DNA from: Octopus vulgaris
Taxonomy: Eukaryota
NCBI GenBank assembly: GCA_951406725.2
Contig: OX597840.1
Location: forward strand, 8,432,001 to 8,496,000
Reading direction: 5' to 3'
DNA: 64,000 nucleotides
The notes under the pieces were generated by a model. That model was not told the origin of the DNA and did not search any database. It was given only the letters and a program-made list of their open reading frames with translations. The first letter of the stretch is position 1, and each line of letters opens with the position of its first letter. Positions 1-10,730 of the stretch are shown one piece after another. A program made the translations under genes and the position numbers.

Positions 1-911
1 ACAAACAATGCATATATTACATGGAGAAATGTGAGCAAAAGAAATAATATTCTTAAGATTATAAACCTGGAAAAGTACAGAACAAGTTATTACATCTGGT
101 AAAATATGGAAGAAGAAAATTTTTACTTAAAATATTACAGCTAAGGATAAAACTTCAAATAATATATTTAGATTTAGAAAATATTAGCTTTTATTAAAAC
201 TGAAAATAATTCAATTAAAATATTTTTTGCATTTTACAAAAATTCATTTTTTCCATTATTATTGAATAATTAAATATACCTTTCGTAATACAGTTTATAA
301 TAATTTCAGACAATGCAAAATAATTTTCAGAAGCCATTCTACATTAAAATGTTAATGTAGGATAAACATGTAATGAGAGAAAAATATACTGTCACCAAAT
401 TGTTAAATATTCAAGCAATTTTTCTTGTTTATGAAAGGTATTTAAAAATTAGAAATTTGAAAATACGTAATAAAAATAATTAATTAGTACAATAATTAAT
501 ATAATACAAAAATTAGCTATATATTACAGTAAAATCTATCTATAACAACAAAATCACAGTAAAATTTGCTTGAGTTACTGCCAAAGTTATTGCCAAGTCT
601 TCACATTTTTAGTCTTGACACAATGCCTACTTTTTACATAATGAATTTACCTACCATATATACACTTCTACTTTGCATAAAACTTTAGCTATATTCATAC
701 TTCTGGTTCTCATTTTAAAAAATATTCAAGTGTATCAATATTTTGACAAAGTGATGGTACCTTTCTTTCTACAAATCTATTCTTTCAAATAACTATCACT
801 CTTTCTCCCTCAATTTAAAATTTTAATACAATATTTAAATCTAATCTATGAAGATATATAAAAAATATCGTCTTTTAAAACTTAATAGGATGTTAAATTC
901 TTATAATACAA

Positions 912-1426
912 CTAGCAGTATCGCCCGGCGTTGCTCAGGTGTGTAAGGGAAATAACTATATAAGCATTTTTAGAGAGTTACTTCCCTTATAGATGCCAAT
1001 TCGGGCTTTCTTAGCCATTTCTGTTTTGGTGTCTTCAAGCTATGAAGTCGTTGTTCTAAAAGAACGCTAGTCTCCTTGACAACGCTTTACGACGTTGATT
1101 TCCTTACACTCCCTTCCCCACAGCTTCACGAGGGAGGGAAGAAGGGGGAGAAGCAAACAGGTGCAGGTGTGACCGTGGACGCCAACTCTGCCGCCATCGA
1201 CACACGAAAAATTATGCATTAAAATGGAATAAAAAATGATGTTGAATTATTTTTAAAATCGTAGACTCATCGTAGACGCGCGCTAATACTCAGACGGGCT
1301 CAATATGAATCACGACTATAAGATAGCCGAATTTGGTTAAAGTGCACCGCAAAATGTGGGAGTAGTTAGGAATCTAAATCGAAGGCGACAGACACTCACA
1401 CAACTACAGTTTTATATATATATAGA
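912..1426 (-). mobile_element. Non-autonomous Helitron
   Basis: Minus strand starts TCTATATA...; it ends with a GC-rich hairpin (cctgagcaacgccggg; cccgagcaacgccggg in the paralog) followed by CTAG, in an A|T insertion context. Confidence 0.75.
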
Positions 1427-1526
1427 TTTATGAGTTGAAATGTTAAAACATTAAAATTATTTATATATACAGTAAATTATTTGAAAGTTGACATTTTGTT
1501 TAAAATATACTAAAATCATATTTTCT

Positions 1527-1940
1527 GTTCTCTTTTACTCTTTACTCTCTTTTACTTGTTTCAGTCATTTGACTGTGGCCATGCTGGAGCACTGCCTTTA
1601 GTCGAGCAAATCGACCCCGGGACTTATTCTTTGGATGCCTAGTACTTATTCTAACGGTCTCTTTTGCCGAACCGCTAAGCAACAGGGATATAAACACACC
1701 AGCATCAGTTGTCAAGCAATATTGGGAGGACAAACGCGGACACACAAACACACACACATATATATACATACATATATACGACGGGCTTCTTTCAGTTTCC
1801 GTCTACCAAATCCACTCGCAAGGCTTTGGTCGGCCCAAGGCTATAGTAGAAGACACTTGCCCAAGGTGCCACGCAGTGGGACTGAACCCGGGACCATGTG
1901 CTTGGTAAGCAAGCTACTTACTACACAGCCACTCCTGCGC
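1527..1940 (-). mobile_element. tRNA-derived SINE (family A, octopus-type) with internal (TA)/(TG) tract
   Basis: Minus-strand head ggcgcaggagtggctgtgtagtaag...ggttcagtccc (A/B-box-like), core ccttgggcaagtgtcttctactatagc, tail (gtaaaaga)n; more than 10 related copies in the window. Confidence 0.85.
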
Positions 1941-2209
1941 CTGTTGTTGACAATCAGTAAAAAATGAGGAGAGGAAAAGTGTCGTGGAGCAGCAGCAATC
2001 GTTCATGGGCCGGTGCTTCAGGTGCCAGGGACCACACAACAAGGGACTGCAAGGAGACAAAGCCTGAACCCATTTGCTACTGTTGCAGGCAGGCAGGGTA
2101 TATTGCTCGAAATTGACAGCAGGGAAAAGGCCATGGGGAAGTTGCTGCCCCTCAAACATACCCTGAGAGCAAGTAGAGGCTTTCATGTAGTCATGGCCCA
2201 TAGCTGAAA

Positions 2210-3548
2210 AGGTGGCAAGCTGGCAGAATCGTTCGCACGGCGGGTGAAATGCGTAGCCGTAGTTCGTCTGTCGTTACGTTCTGAGTTCAAATTCCGCCGA
2301 GGTCGACTTTGCCTTTCATCCTTTCGGGGTCGATAAAATAAAGTACCAGTTTCCAACTGGGGTCGATGTATTCGACTTAATCCCTTTGTCCGTTCTTGTT
2401 TGTCCCTTCTATGTTTAGCCCCTTGTGGGCAGTAAAGAAATAGGTATTTTGTCTGCCGTTATGTTCAGAGTTCAAATTCCGCCGAGGTCGACTTTGCCTT
2501 TCATCCTCTCGGGGTCGATTAAATAAAGTACCAGTTTCCAACTGGGGTCGATATAATCGACTTAATCCCTTTGTCTGTTCTTGTTTGTCCCTTCTATGTT
2601 TAGCCCCTTGTGGGCAGTAAAGAAATAGGTATTTTGTCTGCCGTTATGTTCAGAGTTCAAATTCCACCGAGGTAGACTTTGCCTTTCATCCTCTCGGGGT
2701 CGATTAAATAAAGTACCAGTTTCCAACTGGGGTCGATATGATCGACTTAATTCCTTTGTCTGTTCTTGTTTGTCCCTTCTATGTTTAGCCCCTTGTGGGC
2801 AGTAAAGAAATAGGTATTTTGTCTGCCGTTATGTTCAGAGTTCAAATTCCACCGAGGTAGACTTTGCCTTTCATCCTCTCGGGGTCGATTAAATAAAGTA
2901 CCAGTTTCCAACTGGGGTCGATATGATCGACTTAATTCCTTTGTCTGTTCTTGTTTGTCCCTTCTATGTTTAGCCCCTTGTGGGCAGTAAAGAAATAGGT
3001 ATTTTGTCTGTCGTTACGTTCTGAGTTCAAATTCCGCTGAGGCCAACTTTGCCTTTCATCCTTTCGGGGTTGATTAAATAAAGTACCAGTTTCCAACTGG
3101 GGTCGATGTAATCGACTTAATTCCTTTGTCTGTTCTTGTTTGTCCTTTCTATGCTTAGCCCCTTGTGGGCAGTAAAGAAATAGGTATTTTGTCTGCCGTT
3201 ATGTTCAGAGTTCAAATTCTGCCGAGGTCGACTTTGCCTTTCATCCTTTCGGGGTTGATTAAATAAAGTACCAGTTTCCAACTGGGGTCGATATAATCGG
3301 CTTAATCCCTTTGTCTGTTCTTGTTTGTCCCTTCTATGTTTAGCCCCTTGTGGGCAGTAAAGAAATAGGTATTTTGTCTGCCGTTATGTTCAGAGTTCAA
3401 ATTCCGCCTAGGTCGACTTTGCCTTTCATCCTTTCGGGGTCGATAAATTAAGTACCAGTTATGCACTGGGTTCGATGTAATCGACTTAATCCCTTTGTTC
3501 TTGTTTGTACCTTCTATGTTTAGCTCCTTGTGGGCAGTAAAGAAATAC
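2210..3548 (+). repeat. Tandem array of a tRNA-derived SINE (family B), 7 units of ~185 bp
   Basis: Anchor ttgtttgt(c/a)ccttct recurs at 2396, 2581, 2766, 2951, 3136, 3321, 3501; B-box-like gagttcaaattcc in each unit; A-box head tggcagaatcgtt only in the first. Confidence 0.9.
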
Positions 3549-3739
3549 ATTGCCCATAGTTAAATTCCTGGTTGGAGGAAAGGTGTTCAAAGCCCTCATG
3601 GATATGGGCTGTACAATGTCTCGCGTGAACCCAAGAGTAACAAAATAACGGAAGGGGATGAGTAGTGTCCCGGCAATCGAAGCAGTGAAATTGGATGTAA
3701 GAGAAGCAGCAAATTAGAAATAGCAGTTCAGAGCACAAC

Positions 3740-4156
3740 ATCATCGTCATTGTTCGACCGTGGTCAAGACAATGGAATTTACTATGTTACGCCAGACTTT
3801 ACGGTCCATCATAGCATTACGGAGGTCCTGTTGCTGGATGCCTGTATCCCTGGAGATTACATCAGGGTAGGAGAGTGTGCGCCCTCTGGTATCGCGAGCA
3901 GATGGCTTCCAGAGGAGAAGAGTAGAAATTGCCTTGTTTTCAGCTCTACAACAATATCCAGCAAACTGGACTCTTGTACCTTTCACAAGAGATGACACAG
4001 GTGGTAGTTTCCCATATATTTACATTTTGGTTGGATGACGCTTCCATGAGAGATTTTGAGCTCTCATAAGGAGGCGAGTGTAAGTTCCATCCAACCGCCT
4101 CTCGAGCTTCTTTGATAACGTCCAGGCTTCTGAGCCATATAGTAGATTTGGTTCGA

Positions 4157-4207
<51 letters not shown>

Positions 4208-4545
4208 CATCATCATTGTTCGCCCGTGGTTGAGACAATGGAATTTACTATGCTACGCCAGACTTCACGGTCCATCATAGCATTACGGAGGTCCTGTTGC
4301 TGGATGCCTGTATCCCTGGAGATTATTCAGGGTAGGAGAGTGTGCGCCCTTTGGTATCGTGAGCAGATGGCTTCAAGAGGAAAAGTGTAGAAATTGCCTC
4401 GTTTTCAGCTCTACAACAATGTCCAGCAAACTGGACTCTCCTACCTTTCACAAGAGATGATACAGGTGTAATTTCCCATATATTTTTACTTTGGTTGGGT
4501 GACACTTCCACGAGAGATTTTGAGCTCTCGTAAGGAGGCGAGTGT
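3740..4545 (-). mobile_element. Two adjacent 3' fragments of an RTE-like LINE
   Basis: Minus-strand translation LLYGSEAWTLSKKLERRLDGTYTRLLMRAQNLSW...VQFAGHCCRAENE, typical of RTE ORF C-termini; two copies separated by (TA)n; (GAT)n-like tails. Confidence 0.75.
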
Positions 4546-5050
4546 AGGCTGCGGGTAATTGTGATCGACCATGTGGTAGAATGAACTGATGTGGTGATGG
4601 GCATGGACGTAATCAACCACCTAGGAGGTGTCAGTGTTTGTGGAGACATGGTTTCATTTCGTGTTACAGGGGCATTATGCGCGATGTGTCTGCAACAGGA
4701 GAAAGGAAAGCACCATGGGGCAGAAAGGGCTGCTTACATCATTGAAGATAAAGATTTTCAGGCAGTGTTTGACGATCAGTGGTAGACTGTTGAGTGGCGC
4801 TGGAAAGGGGAGCCCTCAATGCTGAGAAACAGGCTAAGCTTTTGTCATCATACCTTGGAAGGAGATGCCAGGAGTGAGTTTGAAGGAGAAGTAGAGATGG
4901 ATCAAGGAGGGTATCCTTATCCTGTGGAAGGAAGAAGTGAAGAGCAGATTGCTCCGACTGATGGTAATGGTACAGCCAACAAAGGGCAAGGCCAGGACTG
5001 TACTGGACCTTCGAGAGATCAATGGTCATGTGTCGTGCCACACGGGTGGG
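4546..5050 (+). mobile_element. Degenerate Ty3/Gypsy-like pol fragment (protease end to RT start)
   Basis: DVVMGMDVI (protease C-terminal motif); the paralog at 54185 reads FEGEVERWIKEGIL...VQPTKGKARTVLDLREIN, matching the Gypsy RT N-terminus. Confidence 0.6.
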
Positions 5051-5449
5051 GGGCGGGGTAGGTGAGGTAGGTGTATATTAAGAAAATGGACATTCAAATG
5101 CAAAACGCGAACAGAACAACTAAATAGATACTCTCTTGCAGTCAAAAACTAAAAACGTTGTTGGTTAATTTAGAAAACTTTAGACCGTTTCATTTGGTAT
5201 TATGAGAAAAATACAAAAACTAAGCAGACTCCAGCTCGTGCCGAGGGATTTAGAAAGTAAATTTTTTAAGGCGGATTAAATTCAACAGCTTGAAATGCTA
5301 AAATGTTACTCACAAAATAATGCATATATACAAAAATACATACCAAATAGCTACAAGGAATTGATATACAGATAGCTCTGATGAATGCTTAATGATGTAA
5401 ATGTGCTAGAAAATTGTAAGTTGATTAAATAAAACCTGATAATATTTTT

Positions 5450-5948
5450 TTAAAATATGCCCTCCATGAGGCATTTGCCATATTCTGAACGCCTTACTTC
5501 CTTGGGCATGATACATTGAAACTCCGACGTCTGGCAGCTGACTTGGCAGACACCCATAAAATTATTAACCATCTTACAAACAATAACACTGAGCACCTTT
5601 TCAAACTCCACCCGTCTAACACCCGTGGGCATATTTACAAAGTCAGAAAACAGCACAGCTCCCATGACTTCAGGAAACATTTTTTCACGCTGAGAGTTGC
5701 TGAAGCATGGAACAAACTGCCGGCATCAGTTGTTAGTTGTCGGAGCACTGCATCCTTCAAAACTTCCATGCTTTCTGAGATTCGCCAACACTACACCTGA
5801 TTTTCTCCCCTCCATACACACGCAAGCATGTATCTGACTTATATACTGTTCACTTCCCAGACATTTGTACATTACTGCATATGCTTTATACGCCCTTTCT
5901 GACAAGTTGTGGTGCACCTGAGCACTGTATACAATAATTTCATTATTT
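5450..5948 (+). mobile_element. CR1-group LINE 3' fragment
   Basis: YSERL...LKLRRLAADL...NTRGHIYKV...RKHFFTLRVAEAWNKLP, the canonical CR1 ORF2 C-terminus, followed by 3' UTR and short (ATT) tail. Confidence 0.85.
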
Positions 5949-6053
5949 TAAATGGTAACTAAAATTACAGGAGGAATCTTAAAAATTATCAAGTAAAATT
6001 GAAAACTATAGATTTCAATAAAGTTTTGAAGGAAGAAAAAATATAATATTTAC

Positions 6054-6161
6054 CAGATTGGATTTCAATTTCTGCCTGAAGTCTTTGTCTAAGGAAAGTC
6101 TTGCGCGGTCAATGTGTTGAAGCAACTGCAACGGAATTCTGTTGAATTTGGTCTATTTATA
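6054..6161 (-). promoter_or_regulatory. Putative TATA box plus short non-coding first exon (paralog of 55418-55525)
   Basis: Minus strand TATAAATA at 6161-6154, Inr-like GCAGTT ~33 nt downstream, then donor CTG|GTAAAT at 6054/6053. Confidence 0.4.
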
Positions 6162-6298
6162 GGGTGGCAGTCAGAAATGTTTACACTTGCGGTTATTATA
6201 TTTTGAGATAAGAATCTGTGTGTGTGTATGGGGGAGTCTGTGTGCGTATGCAAGCTTTGCACATAATCTGTTATGCACTTAGTCACATATACATACAT

Positions 6299-6355
<57 letters not shown>

Positions 6356-6442
6356 TATTTATTTTAAATATATATATATATATATATATATAGTGTTGCA
6401 TATGTGTTACCGCTACTGTTTATAACTCGCTCTGAGATTTAT

Positions 6443-6477
<35 letters not shown>

Positions 6478-6481
<4 letters not shown>

Positions 6482-7810
6482 GTTTGTTAGCACATATTTC
6501 CGGGTTCAGTCCCACTGCGTGGCACCTTGAGCAGGTGTCTTCTACTATAGCCTCGGGCTGACCAAAGCCTTGTGAGTGGATTTGGTAGACGGAAACTGAA
6601 AGAAGCCTGTCGTATATATGTATATCTCTCTCTATATAAAAGGCACGTTGTCTGTCTTTGTGTCTGTCAGGTTGTACCCTCACCCTGACCACGGCTTTCA
6701 ACCGATTCTGATTAAACTTGACACACACATAGCCCAATGTCATAATTCAAAACTAACGCAGCGAAAATTTTGAAAAGTTCCCCCAGTTCTGAAGAAAAGC
6801 AATAAATTTGACATTAGGGTCGAGAATTTAAGCTTTTTATATGCAACACATTTTCTGTTGTAGTTTTCGCAACTTGCAATCGATTTTATCCAAACTCATG
6901 GTGAAGCTTAATGTTACCCTAAGAAATTTAATTCTGACGTTAGTTTTCTATGCAATACCTTACCATCAGAAAAAATCGATAAAATCATGCCATTTTGGGA
7001 AATCGCGTTCAAGTTCAAGATGACATATTTTCGACAATATCTTTAACAAATTGGCAGGAATTTTTTTAAAAATTCACAGCAAGCATCATGTCTGCTCCAA
7101 GGAGCTATATGGCCCTTTTTATTCCAATAGGATGCTTTATTACTGGAAAAAATCGGTTAATAAATCATATGTGGCACACATAGCAAACCGATTTGTGTAT
7201 TAAACACAAACCACAGACTGTGTAGGGGACGCAACTCGACCTTCTTTAACTCTTTTACTCCCCCAAATAACTTTCAAACAGCTATCGATAATCCAACCCA
7301 CAGGAGGAAATCTAGACTTAATCTTCAAGGTATCCCACATACAAACCAAAAGTTACATTGAAACCTCCAGACTAACCTAAGTTTTTGTGCACCAATTCCT
7401 ACCAGGAAGAAATTACATTCGAGACTTTACCCCCAACACCGCCACTTCAAGCAGTGAATGAGACAAAACATGTCCAGACAACATAACCTTGGTTTACTTC
7501 TGCTAATCGCTGCTGCAGCCGCCAGTGGTTGCCTACTAGGGGCTCTTACATACCCGGGCAACGCCGGGCTATGCTGCTAGTATATATATATATATATATA
7601 TGCGTGTGTGTATCTGTTTTTGTCACCTTAGCATTGCTTGACAACCGATGCTGGTGTGTTTATGTCCCCGTTACTTAGCGGTTCGGCAAAAGAGACTCAT
7701 AGAATAAGTACTGGGCTTACAAAAGAATAAGTCCCGGGATCGAGTTGCTCGATTAAAGGCGGTGCTCCAGCATGGCCGCAGTCAAATGACTGAAACAAGT
7801 AAAAGAGTAA
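6478..7810 (+). mobile_element. SINE family A split by a Helitron inserted in its TA tract
   Basis: SINE 5' part at ~6478-6612 and 3' part at ~7601-7810 flank the Helitron. Confidence 0.75.
6625..7580 (+). mobile_element. Non-autonomous Helitron
   Basis: 5' A|TCTCTCTCTATATAAAA; 3' hairpin CCCGGgcaacgCCGGG then gctgCTAG|T. Confidence 0.85.
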
Positions 7811-7830
7811 ATATATATATATATGTATAT

Positions 7831-8164
7831 ATATAAAATATTATTAGAGACAAAACCACTATTTTGCAAAACAAACAAGGAAAGACTTAATCAATACATA
7901 AAATTTTAATAAATAGTCATAATTTGAAACTGACTTATTGGAAGTCCACCTGAAGATTGTCGATCAAGACAAGAAACGATTGTAGTGGCGGTTTTTTTGA
8001 CTATTTATTAAAATTTTATGTATTGGTTAAGTCTTTCCTTGTTTGTTTTGCAAAATAGTGGTTTTGTCTCTAATAATATTTTATAATATTTTACTATAAA
8101 ATTGGATTTAATCCTAAATCTGATTTTTTTCCCTGTAAATTTGGATTTATTCCCTAATATTTAT

Positions 8165-8168
<4 letters not shown>
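7831..8168 (+). mobile_element. Penelope-like element remnant (inverted ~90-bp arm plus pLTR-like end) in a TA microsatellite
   Basis: 7831-7919 is the reverse complement of ~7998-8086; the spacer holds a hammerhead motif; absent from the paralogous cassettes near 18180 and 63685. Confidence 0.65.
7946..7988 (+). ncRNA. Minimal type I hammerhead ribozyme
   Basis: ccac-CTGAAGA-ttgtc(gatcaa)gacaa-GAAAC-gatt-GTA-gtgg: stems I, II and minimal III plus a complete catalytic core. Confidence 0.8.
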
Positions 8169-8211
<43 letters not shown>

Positions 8212-8214
<3 letters not shown>

Positions 8215-8455
8215 CATAGGAGTGGCTGTGTGGTAAGTAGCTTGCTAACGAACTACATGGCTCCGGGTTCAGTCCCACTGTGTGGCACCTTGGGCGAGTG
8301 TCCTGTACTATAGCCTTGGGCTGACCAAAGCCTTGTGAGTGGGTTTGGTAGACGGAAACTGAAAGAAGCTTGTTGCATATATGTGTATATATATATATAT
8401 ATAATATGTATGTGTGTATATGTTTGTGTGTCTGTTTTTGTCCCCCCAACATCGT
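8212..8455 (+). mobile_element. SINE family A (3'-truncated)
   Basis: ggcataggagtggctgtgtggtaag head and core. Confidence 0.8.
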
Positions 8456-8669
8456 TTTCACGGAAGCATGCTGTTCCTTTGTTTCAGCCTTTGCAAAAAT
8501 CAACGAATAGGGAAGAAGCACTGCGAAACAGAGATGTACCACGTGGCAGTAGGACTAGACTTGTTGATGCCAGACAGCAGACTGATGCCTGAGGGTCGCA
8601 TCAAGTGACTTCTAGCAGCGGAAGCCTGAGCTTCAAGAGGCTTTTCTTTCACAGAGAATGTTTCTTATT

Positions 8670-9027
8670 TTGTATTACCCTCAAGGGTCTAAACACAGAG
8701 AGGACAATCAAGGACAGACAAAGGGATTAAGTCGATTACATCGACCCCAATGCATAACTGATACTTAATTTATCGACCCTGAAAGGATGAAAGGCAAAGT
8801 CAACCTTGGTGGAATTTGAACTCAGAATGTAACGGCAGACGAAATACCTATTTCATTACTACCCACAAGGGGATAAACACAGAGGGGACAAACAAGGATA
8901 GACAAATGGATTAAGTCGATTACATCGACCCCAGTGCATAACTGATACTTAATTTATCGACCCCGAAAGGATAAAAGGCAAAGTCAACCTCGGCGGAATT
9001 TGAACTCAGAATGTAACGGCAGACGAC
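8670..9027 (-). mobile_element. SINE family B, tandem dimer, reverse orientation
   Basis: Reverse complement of the 185-bp unit at 2210-3548; paralogs at ~18697-19040 and ~57120-57425. Confidence 0.8.
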
Positions 9028-9316
9028 ATACTGCTGAGCATTTCACAGGCATACAAACGCTTCTGCCAGCTCACCACATCACAGAGAACGTGTCTGGTGA
9101 CTTTTGTGTAGCCCTTGTATGTATACATGCAAACACAGAGAAAGCAAACACTGCAGATTTTCGCATCATGAATGTTTACGTATAAATTTGGGTTAACCAT
9201 AAATATTCGTATATATACACAATACACTATCATTTTAAGCCATTTACTTCCCTCTGGTATTTGTGTATCAAATTATGCTGTCGTATCGAATTTGCTTATC
9301 TGCATAATTGTTCCCA

Positions 9317-9347
<31 letters not shown>

Positions 9348-9444
9348 ATGTATGTATGTATGTATATATGTAAGAATGTATGTAAGAATGTATGTATGTA
9401 TGTATGCATGTATGTATGTAAGAATGCATGTATGTATGTATGTA

Positions 9445-10015
9445 AATCTTTAAATCCTTAAAAATGTTTTAGCCCGAAGGCCGCGGCCATGCTGGGGTAC
9501 CACCGCTGAATGAGCTACACTAATTTGTGAATCCACCTCTGATACGTGGCACTTGATCAACAAGGGAGTTCGATGCTGCTGCCCGCATCTGTGTCTCCTG
9601 TCGTGAGGTAGGTTCATCTGGGACACCCGACAAGAAGAGATCCAGTTTAGTTTTAAAGAAACCCACATCCACACCATGTAAGTCTCTCAGGCATTTAGGG
9701 AGGATGTTAAAGAGCTGTGGTCCTCTGAAACCCAAGCTGATTCAGTATCTGGACCTGTATTTTGATGGTGATGTTGGAATCTTTGGCACCATGCAGTGGC
9801 GCCCCGTTGTGCGGTTGGGGTAACTTTGAATGCCAAAGTTTAGGACAAGACCCTCCAGGATTTTCCAGATGTATATCACTGCATATCTCTCCCGCCTCCG
9901 CTCTAGGGAGAAGAGGTTTAATACCTTCAGTCTTTCCCAGTCGCTGATATTTTGCATTGAGACGATTTTCTTTGTGTAGCTTCTCTGAATTGCTTCGAGT
10001 TCTGCTGTTAGTTTT
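9445..10015 (-). mobile_element. CR1-group LINE 3' fragment inserted in (TATG)n
   Basis: ELEAIQRSYTKKI...ERLKVLNLFSLERRRERYAVIYIWKILEG...GPQLFNILPKCLRDL. Confidence 0.8.
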
Positions 10016-10253
10016 ATATTGTGTGTATGTATGTATGTATGTATGTATGTAAGAATGCATGTATGTATATATGTATGTATGTATTTATGTATGTATGTAT
10101 GTAAGTAAGAATGCATGCATGCCAGTCAATTTATTTCAAGATTTCTTGCCAATAAAGAAAGAGCCACTTTCTAACCTAGATCCTAGACTCATTCATTGGA
10201 ATTTGAACATCAACAAGCTATCTATCTATCTACCTACCTACCTATCTATCTAC

Positions 10254-10307
<54 letters not shown>

Positions 10308-10391
10308 GTATCTATCTACCTATCTATCTATCTATCTATATATCTCTCTAGCTATCTATCTACCTACCTACCTATCTACCTACCTATCTAC

Positions 10392-10462
<71 letters not shown>

Positions 10463-10730
10463 CCTACCTACCTATCTCTCTATCTATCTATCTATCTATC
10501 TATCTACTCTCACAATGGACGGACGATAGTCATATCGGCTCCACGTAAGTTGGCCACTTTTACATGTTTAAAACTCCTTGTTGTCAAATATTTTGTTTTA
10601 ATCGTTGTGCAAGTTCATTCACTAAAAAACCTGAGAATTATTCACGTAGAATTCCACCCCTGTATGGGCGAAATTACCAAAAACTTTCAAAACTTTCGTT
10701 GGTTCTTTTTAGCCATTTTTCATTTTAAAA

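Larger units (their letters stand above)
1..7735. repeat. Segmental duplication copy 1 (upstream/intron block of the propeller gene family), paralog of 49943-57121
   Basis: Position 1 (acaaacaatgcatatattac) aligns to 49943. Colinear near-identity continues through the Helitrons, SINEs and RTE/Gypsy/CR1 fragments to ~7735 / ~57121. Confidence 0.95.

Noticed and set aside
2210-3548. Regular repeat array resembling CRISPR
   Set aside because: Whole 185-bp units are repeated with no unique spacers; SINE-derived, eukaryotic context, no cas genes.
8488-8608. Possible + strand exon after ttcctttgtttcAG, repeated at ~18510 and ~63984
   Set aside because: Acceptor-like but gives short peptides with no recognisable domain or partner exons; cannot be supported without RNA data.
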